A program made the position numbers and the translations under genes. From positions 1,140,001-1,172,000 of the forward strand of contig NC_006624.1 in NCBI RefSeq assembly GCF_000009965.1: DNA of 32,000 bases. Direction: 5' to 3'. The notes beneath the pieces are model-generated. The model was not told where the DNA came from. It did not search any database and worked only from the letters and a program-made list of their open reading frames with translations. This stretch comes from Thermococcus kodakarensis KOD1 (GTDB lineage: Archaea > Methanobacteriota_B > Thermococci > Thermococcales > Thermococcaceae). This document shows positions 25,068-32,000 of this stretch, in pieces (position 1 is the stretch's first letter; every line of letters begins with the position of its first letter).

Positions 25068-25652
25068 ATGCACCCGGGCGGTTTTCTTGAGGTCATAACT
25101 GGCCCAATGTTTGCCGGAAAGACTACCGAGCTGATCAAAAGGGTCGAGAGACAGATTTTCGCCAAGAGAAAGGCAGCCTTATTCAAACCGGCCATAGACA
25201 ATCGCTATTCCGAAAGGGAAGTCGTTGCACACAACGGGCTCAGGTACGAGGCCTTCGTAGTGCCGACCACAGAAAAAGGAGTTGAAAGGATAAAGGAGAT
25301 AACGCTCAATGAGGGCTACGAGGTCATTGGAATAGACGAAGTTCAGTTCTTTCCGATGTCAGTTGTGGAGGCCTTAAACGAGCTCGCCGATCAGGGAATT
25401 TACGTCATAGCCAGCGGGCTCAACCTCGACTTCAAGGGCGACCCGTTCCCTGTGACGAAAGAACTCCTCGTGAGGGCGGACAACATCGTCTATCTGACGG
25501 CGGTCTGTACGGTCTGCGGAAAGCCCGCGACGAGGAGTCAGAGATTGATAGACGGGAAGCCCGCTCCAAGGAATTCGCCGGTCATCCTCGTTGGGGGAAG
25601 GGAAAGCTACGAAGCAAGATGCAGGGAGCATCACCTGGTTCCCGACGAATGA
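25068..25652 (+). CDS. tdk: Thymidine kinase
   Basis: The P-loop is GPMFAGKTTELI and the DEVQFF block is present. The C-terminal Zn-binding motifs are CTVCG...and...CREHH. The ATG at 25068 lies 6 nt after a GGTGA, and the ORF-track GTG at 25059 overlaps that ribosome-binding site. Confidence 0.9.
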   Translation: MHPGGFLEVITGPMFAGKTTELIKRVERQIFAKRKAALFKPAIDNRYSEREVVAHNGLRYEAFVVPTTEKGVERIKEITLNEGYEVIGIDEVQFFPMSVVEALNELADQGIYVIASGLNLDFKGDPFPVTKELLVRADNIVYLTAVCTVCGKPATRSQRLIDGKPAPRNSPVILVGGRESYEARCREHHLVPDE

Positions 25653-25730
25653 GATATTTAAATGGTAAACACAAAAAAGCTTAAAAACGAATTTCCAAAG
25701 CATGAACAGGCAAAAGGAGGGGGTGTAACT

Positions 25731-25886
25731 ATGGCCAGGAACAAGCCGTTTGCGAAGAAGCTCAGGCTCGCCAAGGCTGCAAAGCAGAACAGGCGCGTCC
25801 CTGTTTGGGTTATTGTGAAGACCAACAGGAAAGTTATCACTCACCCGAAGAGGAGACACTGGAGGAGGACAAAGCTTAAGGAGTGA
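25731..25886 (+). CDS. rpl39e: 50S ribosomal protein L39e
   Basis: The 51-aa product is [62 protein letters not shown] ribosome-binding site precedes it. The ORF-track extension to 25662 lies in the promoter/leader. Confidence 0.9.
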
Positions 25887-25896
25887 GGTGATGTAA

Positions 25897-26169
25897 ATGC
25901 CGATCAAGCCCGGTGAAGAGGTCATATTCGTCGTCCCGATAAACAAGATCAAGAAGAGGGTTCCCCGCTGGAAGAGGGCACCGAGGGCTGCCCGCTTCGT
26001 CCGCGAGTGGATAGCCAGGCACGCCAAGGCTGACGAGGTCATAATAGGCACCGACGTCAACGAGAAGATCTGGGAGCGCGGCGCTGAGAAGCCGCCAGGA
26101 AAGCTCCGCGTCAAGGTTGTCGTTGAGGAGAGCGAGGGGAAGAGGATAGCAAGGGTCTCCCTCGCCTGA
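25897..26169 (+). CDS. rpl31e: 50S ribosomal protein L31e
   Basis: ...[54 protein letters not shown] is the L31e signature. A GAGGTGA ribosome-binding site precedes the gene. Confidence 0.9.
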
Positions 26170-26196
26170 TTTTAACCACTTTTTAGAGGTGACGAG

Positions 26197-26886
26197 ATGC
26201 ACATAGAGAGACTCGATTTTGAGAACTCCCCATATCTCGGTGTTTACGGGCGCGCAACTGACAGGGTTCTTCTCCTGAGAGAGGGACTGGGTGAGAAGAA
26301 GCTGGAAGTCCTGAGAGAAGTTCTCAAAGTCCCGATCATCGAAACCAGCATCATGAAGTCGAGGATAGTTGGAATATTCGCCGCCGGCAACTCCAACGCA
26401 ATCATCGTCCCTTGGTACATCTGGGACGCTGAGCTTGAGAGAATCAAAACTGCTCTCAACGAGTTCGGTATTGACATGGACGTTGTCCCCTTTAAGAGCA
26501 GGCTCACAGCCCTTGGCAACCTCATCCTGACCAACGATAAGGCCGCCCTCGTCAGCAAGGAGTTCACGAGGGAGGAGGCAAACGCGATAGGCGAGATACT
26601 GGGCGTTGATGAGGTCGAGAGGGGAATGATAGCCAGCTACCGCTCAGTCGGCAGCGTTGGCGTCGTCACGAACAAGGGCGGGCTCGTCCATCCCGAGGCA
26701 ACTGACGAGGAGCTTGAGTGGCTGAGCGACCTCTTTGGCGTTGATATCTACGTCGGCACAGCCAACATGGGCGTTCCATTCGTTGGCTCTTGCATGCTGG
26801 CCAACTCGTATGGTGTCGTTGTCGGGCACCTGACGACTGGTCCTGAGATAGTGAAGATCGAGGAAGCCCTCGGCTTCCTTGGTTGA
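26197..26886 (+). CDS. eif6: Translation initiation factor 6 (aIF6)
   Basis: The 229-aa pentein-repeat protein starts MHIERLDFENSPYLGVYGRATDRVLLL and contains ...GNLILTNDKAALVS...VGSVGVVTNKGGLVHPEAT. Confidence 0.95.
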   Translation: MHIERLDFENSPYLGVYGRATDRVLLLREGLGEKKLEVLREVLKVPIIETSIMKSRIVGIFAAGNSNAIIVPWYIWDAELERIKTALNEFGIDMDVVPFKSRLTALGNLILTNDKAALVSKEFTREEANAIGEILGVDEVERGMIASYRSVGSVGVVTNKGGLVHPEATDEELEWLSDLFGVDIYVGTANMGVPFVGSCMLANSYGVVVGHLTTGPEIVKIEEALGFLG

Positions 26887-26938
26887 AGCAAAGCTTAAAA
26901 AATGGCCTGAGTAGTGGCGGAGGAAGGAGGTGTGAAAA

Positions 26939-27172
26939 ATGGAGGTCAAGGTTTTCCGCGTCAAGGGTACCTTTGAGAGGCTCGGAAAGAAGCAGCCTTT
27001 CACCAAGGAGTACAGGGCCCTCAAGGAGGAGCACGTAAGGGAGCTCGTTTACTCTGACATCGGGAGCAAGCACAGGGTTCCGAGAACAAAGATATGGATT
27101 GAGAGCATCGAGGAGATAAAGCCAGAAGAGGCCGAGGACCCGGTCGTCAGAAGGCTCAGCCTCGAGCTTTGA
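26939..27172 (+). CDS. rplX: 50S ribosomal protein LX (L18Ae/L20A family)
   Basis: [60 protein letters not shown] is the canonical LX sequence. GGAGG-type ribosome-binding sites lie upstream. Confidence 0.85.
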
Positions 27173-27186
27173 CCTTTTCTCTTTAA
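27173..27186 (+). terminator. Oligo-T terminator after the L39e-L31e-aIF6-LX string
   Basis: The sequence ccttttctctttaa begins directly after the TGA at 27170-27172. Confidence 0.45.
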
Positions 27187-27250
27187 GAATAGGCCATCAT
27201 TTTAAAGGGACTGTTCATTGGATAAAGCTTGGGCTCGAGACTTCAGAAAA

Positions 27251-27268
27251 TTCGAAGAAATCTTCGAA
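27251..27268. repeat. Perfect 7-bp palindrome/hairpin TTCGAAG-aaat-CTTCGAA between convergent transcription units
   Basis: Read directly from the sequence. It lies between the LX terminator (plus strand) and the T-rich tail of the distal sRNA (minus strand). Confidence 0.85.
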
Positions 27269-27279
27269 GGGAAAGAAGT

Positions 27280-27338
27280 GAGCTCGGCTCTTTTTCTTCA
27301 TCATTATCAATCAGATACCCTAGAGCTCGTCATCGCTC
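27280..27338 (-). ncRNA. C/D-box-like sRNA, distal copy of a tandem pair (variant C box AUGACGA, D box CCGA)
   Basis: The minus strand reads GAGC-g-AUGACGA(27333-27327)-GCUCUAGGGUAU(12 nt)-CUGA(27314-27311)-uugaua-AUGAUGA(27304-27298)-AGAAAAAGAG(10 nt)-CCGA(27287-27284)-GCUC. The 4-bp terminal stem leaves a 3-nt bulge (GAU). A TATA-like CCTTTTAA (27368-27361) is centred about 26 nt upstream of the first stem nucleotide, and a T-rich tract follows. Confidence 0.55.
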
Positions 27339-27360
27339 GTTTTACTCTCCAAACCGAAAG

Positions 27361-27368
27361 TTAAAAGG
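27361..27368 (-). promoter_or_regulatory. TATA-like element (minus CCTTTTAA) for the distal sRNA
   Basis: It is centred about 26 nt upstream of position 27338, the first nucleotide of the sRNA terminal stem. Confidence 0.4.
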
Positions 27369-27371
27369 ATA

Positions 27372-27431
27372 GCGGCTCGGCCAGTATGCCCCTCATCACC
27401 CTTCAGCTATCGTGAGGTTCGTCATCGCCGC
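27372..27431 (-). ncRNA. C/D-box-like sRNA, proximal copy of a tandem pair (variant C box AUGACGA, D box CCGA)
   Basis: The minus strand reads GCGGC-g-AUGACGA(27425-27419)-ACCUCACGAUAG(12 nt)-CUGA(27406-27403)-agg-GUGAUGA(27399-27393)-GGGGCAUACUGG(12 nt)-CCGA(27380-27377)-GCCGC. The perfect 5-bp terminal stem leaves a 3-nt bulge. It starts 9 nt after the GT4 stop codon. A TATA-like GTTTTAAG (27458-27451) lies about 26 nt upstream, inside the CDS end. Confidence 0.6.
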
Positions 27432-27440
27432 GTTGCCTGC

Positions 27441-28595
27441 CTACAACTCGCTTAAAACCTCTTCGTACACTTTTTCTATCTCGCCCGCAACAACCTTCCA
27501 GGAGTAGCACGTTTCAACGGCTTTTCTCCCGGCTTCTCCAAACTTTTTGGCAAGCCCTTTGTCGGAGAGGAGCTTTAAGACTGCCTCGGCAAGTGCCGCT
27601 TCGTCGCCAGGGGGGACGAGTATGCCGCTTTCACTTTCTTTAACGACTTCAGGGATCCCACCAACCGTTGTCGTGACAACTGGAATTCCAGAGGCCATCG
27701 CCTCAAGCACTACTATCCCAAAGGCCTCTGCCGTTGTTGATGACAGGACAAAAACATCTGCGGAAGCATAGAGCTTCGGAAGAAGTCCATCAGGGACATA
27801 GCCCATAAACCTCACGTGGTCTTCAATGCCCAGGAATTTTGCCTGCGCTTTCAGGAAGGGAAGCATCTCGCCAGAGCCGACCATAACAAGTGTGACATCT
27901 TCCTTTTCCCTTGCTATGTTCTGGAAGGCGTTGAGGAGCACGTGGGGCCCTTTCCTGAAGGACATCCTGCTAACGTAGAGAATTAAGTCTCCGTTTATTC
28001 CAAGCTCTTCTCTCACCAGTTCTCTCTCTTTATTGCTCAGTGGTCTGAAGCGCTCGTCATCGACGCCGTTCGGAATAACTCTAACTGGAGAATCCGTGAA
28101 GTGTTCTACGAACGCCTTCGCAGCCTTGCTAACGGCTATTATTTCATGGGGGTATTTTAGATAGTGGTTGAGGAGTGGAAAAGTCAACCCAAGGGCCTTC
28201 CATAGGGAAGACTCGTGGGAGAAGGATATGCTGTGGGTTGTGAGGAGTGTTGCCTTTTCGAGAGTTCTCCCGGCCTTAACCGCCTTCAGCGAGAGTGGAG
28301 TGAAGGCGTGGTGGGCGTGGACAACATCAAAATCCACGAGAAACTCGCCTAGTTCTCTGTTCGACTTCAGCCCGTAGGTTATGTTTATCCCGAGCACCGG
28401 ACTGATGACACCCGGGACTTTAACCAATCCTACCCCCAGCTCTTCAAGCTCTTTTTCCTTTCCCGTTTTTAGATCATTAGTCACTATTGAAACGTCGTGG
28501 CCGAGCTTTTTCAGATAGATTGCAAGCTGGTGCATATGAGTGGCGACGCCGCCGATCTTTGGGTAGTACCAGTCGCTGACGAGGGCTATTTTCAT
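27441..28595 (-). CDS. GT4-family (GT-B fold) glycosyltransferase, PIG-A/PimA-like N-terminus
   Basis: The N-terminus is MKIALVSDWYYPKIGGVATHMHQLAIYLKKLGHDV. The C-terminal nucleotide-sugar motif is EAFGIVVLEAMASGIPVVTTTVGGIPEVV (E-x7-E). Confidence 0.85.
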   Translation of the reverse strand: MKIALVSDWYYPKIGGVATHMHQLAIYLKKLGHDVSIVTNDLKTGKEKELEELGVGLVKVPGVISPVLGINITYGLKSNRELGEFLVDFDVVHAHHAFTPLSLKAVKAGRTLEKATLLTTHSISFSHESSLWKALGLTFPLLNHYLKYPHEIIAVSKAAKAFVEHFTDSPVRVIPNGVDDERFRPLSNKERELVREELGINGDLILYVSRMSFRKGPHVLLNAFQNIAREKEDVTLVMVGSGEMLPFLKAQAKFLGIEDHVRFMGYVPDGLLPKLYASADVFVLSSTTAEAFGIVVLEAMASGIPVVTTTVGGIPEVVKESESGILVPPGDEAALAEAVLKLLSDKGLAKKFGEAGRKAVETCYSWKVVAGEIEKVYEEVLSEL

Positions 28596-28615
28596 TTTCC
28601 TGCACCCCTAAGACA

Positions 28616-29410
28616 TCATCCACCGAGCACCAACCTGGCGGTGTGTGCAACCAATAAAGCCAGCATGAGAGCGTCCAACGTCCGGTAGTTTATCCTAAGC
28701 TTCACTGCCACTGCCCCAAGTGCTCCAAGGGGGGTAAATCCCACCACCAGCAGGACAATTGAGGCCCAAGAGAATACCACAACAAGCGTTTCAGAGGCCT
28801 TTTTTCCAAGCGCTATCGGCGTCGTTTTGAGGCCCGCCTTAAGGTCGCTCTCATAGTCGCCGAGGTGGTTCCTGAGCTCGAGGGCAAAGGAGTAGAGGGT
28901 AACGCTGAGTGCTATAAGCGCCTCGATGCCTGAGATTCTCCCGTCCATTGAAGCGCCGTAGAGGAAGGGAAGCCCGCCGAAAAAGAGGCCATGAGAGAGC
29001 ACATCAACCACCGGCCTCGCCTTCAGCCTCGGCGGTGCGGAGTAGATGGTCGCGAGGAGAGTCATGAGAAGGTAAAAGATGAACATTAGGGTGTTCGTTC
29101 TGGAGGCGATAGCCGTTCCAAGCAGGGCAAGAACCACAGAGATTGCCACGCCTTCCCAAAAACTGAGCTCCCCGCTGGCTATTGGATTCCTCTTAACCTT
29201 ATCTGGGTTCAGTGAGTCGGTGTCCACGTCGAAGCAGTTGTTTATTGAGAATGCGTACCAAACGAAGAACACCCCAGCTATAAAGGCCAGCAACGCCTCA
29301 TCACGACTAACCCACTTTGCATTCATCAGTATCGCCAGACCAATGAGACCGATGTATGCCCGGCCCTCAAGCGGCCGGAAATTCCTTATAACAGCTGAAA
29401 CAGATGCCAT
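28616..29410 (-). CDS. UbiA-superfamily membrane prenyltransferase
   Basis: The first Asp-rich motif is NNCFDVDTDSLNP and the second is RNHLGDYESDLKAG. About 8 hydrophobic helices are present. The ATG at 29410 is preceded by a TATA-like CTTATAAT. The ORF-track start at 29587 would overlap sudA by 74 nt and encodes an R/P/S-rich nonsense leader. The gene ends 20 nt before the GT4 start, so the two probably form an operon. Confidence 0.8.
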   Translation of the reverse strand: MASVSAVIRNFRPLEGRAYIGLIGLAILMNAKWVSRDEALLAFIAGVFFVWYAFSINNCFDVDTDSLNPDKVKRNPIASGELSFWEGVAISVVLALLGTAIASRTNTLMFIFYLLMTLLATIYSAPPRLKARPVVDVLSHGLFFGGLPFLYGASMDGRISGIEALIALSVTLYSFALELRNHLGDYESDLKAGLKTTPIALGKKASETLVVVFSWASIVLLVVGFTPLGALGAVAVKLRINYRTLDALMLALLVAHTARLVLGG

Positions 29411-29513
29411 GGTATCACTCAATAGCTCCCAAAATAGGACATTATAAGTCTTTTCACCGCCAGGTTTTCCAGACATAAAAAGCATACGGTACCACAAAGG
29501 GGAAGAAAAGAAA

Positions 29514-31834
<2,321 letters not shown>

Positions 31835-31895
31835 AATGAACACCTCCGTACATGAGTCCAAACTTGGACATCTAAAGGTTCACAACTTTAAGTGC

Positions 31896-31902
31896 TTATA
31901 AA
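31896..31902 (-). promoter_or_regulatory. Consensus TATA box (minus TTTATAA) of the sudBA operon
   Basis: It lies about 62-68 nt upstream of the sudB ATG, with the ribosome-binding site in the predicted leader. Confidence 0.5.
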
Positions 31903-31905
31903 CCT

Positions 31906-31922
31906 GTTGTTAACCAAAGGTT
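31906..31922 (-). promoter_or_regulatory. SurR-type operator GTTgttAACcaaagGTT (exact extended consensus GTTn3AACn5GTT)
   Basis: Read on the plus strand. The site lies 3 nt distal to the sudB TATA box, in the BRE-proximal upstream position. It shares the 11-nt core AACcaaagGTT with the site at 5089-5105. Confidence 0.55.
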
Positions 31923-32000
31923 TAGGACGGCGAAGGTTTTTCAGCCCGACGGAAGGATAATGGAAGAAACGTTTTTAATTGACCATGAGAAGTGGGCTGG

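Noticed and set aside
25662-25730. A 23-codon N-terminal extension of L39e.
   Set aside because: L39e is a protein of about 51 aa. The extension contains the TATA-like elements and the GGAGGGGGTG ribosome-binding site of the real start at 25731.
27218-27367. A 49-codon TTG-initiated plus-strand ORF (LDKAWARDFRKFEEIFEGKEVSSALFLHHYQSDTLELVIARFTLQTES) in the rplX-GT4 spacer.
   Set aside because: It has no ATG or GTG with a ribosome-binding site. The TTG lies upstream of where the nearby TATA-like element would start transcription. The ORF is antisense to the better-supported distal C/D sRNA. It is possibly a gene remnant, but that cannot be supported from sequence alone.
29408-29420. A GTGATA/TATCAC half-site of the Thermococcales glycolytic motif (TGM) next to the UbiA start.
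   Set aside because: Only one half of the TATCAC-N5-GTGATA palindrome is present.
31985-32000. An ATG at 31985 that could start a plus-strand gene running off the right edge.
   Set aside because: Only 16 nt are visible. There is no ribosome-binding site, and the TATA-like TTTTTAA is too close (5 nt) to support a call.

Overview
This 32-kb window looks like a core chromosomal segment of a Thermococcales archaeon, probably a Thermococcus. Supporting signs are GGTGA/GGAGG ribosome-binding sites 5-8 nt before starts, TTTAAA/TTTTAA TATA boxes about 25 nt upstream of starts, and oligo-T terminators. Several proteins are also ones I recognise as Thermococcus/Pyrococcus-type, namely L7Ae, S28e, aIF5B and the 481-aa GltA/SudA.

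I support 31 protein genes and one probable gene remnant. Most are housekeeping:
- Ribosome and translation: L7Ae-S28e-L24e, L39e-L31e-aIF6-LX, intein-containing aIF5B, and NMD3.
- Metabolism and redox: Ndk, thymidine kinase, CoA-disulfide reductase/NSR, and the SudB/SudA (Nfn-type) oxidoreductase.
- Membrane-associated: a stomatin-NfeD pair and a UbiA-GT4 pair.
- Other: a C1 peptidase truncated by the left edge.

I found no rRNA, tRNA, CRISPR array, transposase or integrase.

The main features that the ORF track does not explain:
1. Three C/D-box sRNA genes on the minus strand. One canonical copy overlaps the last codons of a Zn-ribbon gene at about 19.6 kb. A tandem pair at 27.28-27.43 kb shares an unusual doubly substituted C/D K-turn (AUGACGA/CCGA), has covarying terminal stems, and each copy has its own TATA box.
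2. Two full extended SurR-type operators (GTTn3AACn5GTT) with an identical core. They sit in opposite promoter geometries in front of the CoADR/NSR gene and the sudBA operon.
3. A 546-aa LAGLIDADG intein in the aIF5B P-loop.
4. Two extra genes inside the L7Ae-S28e-L24e-Ndk-aIF5B string, one of them a visibly AT-richer secreted orphan.
5. Several odd domain architectures: a Walker-A-less KaiC-like domain fused to V4R, a repeat/beta-helix-like domain fused to a K+ channel pore, and a PUA-PAPS-reductase-ferredoxin protein.
6. A 19-nt direct repeat bracketing the TATA box of an AAA+/DUF4143 gene.

All homology calls come from motif recognition by eye. No database search, RNA folding or statistics could be run.
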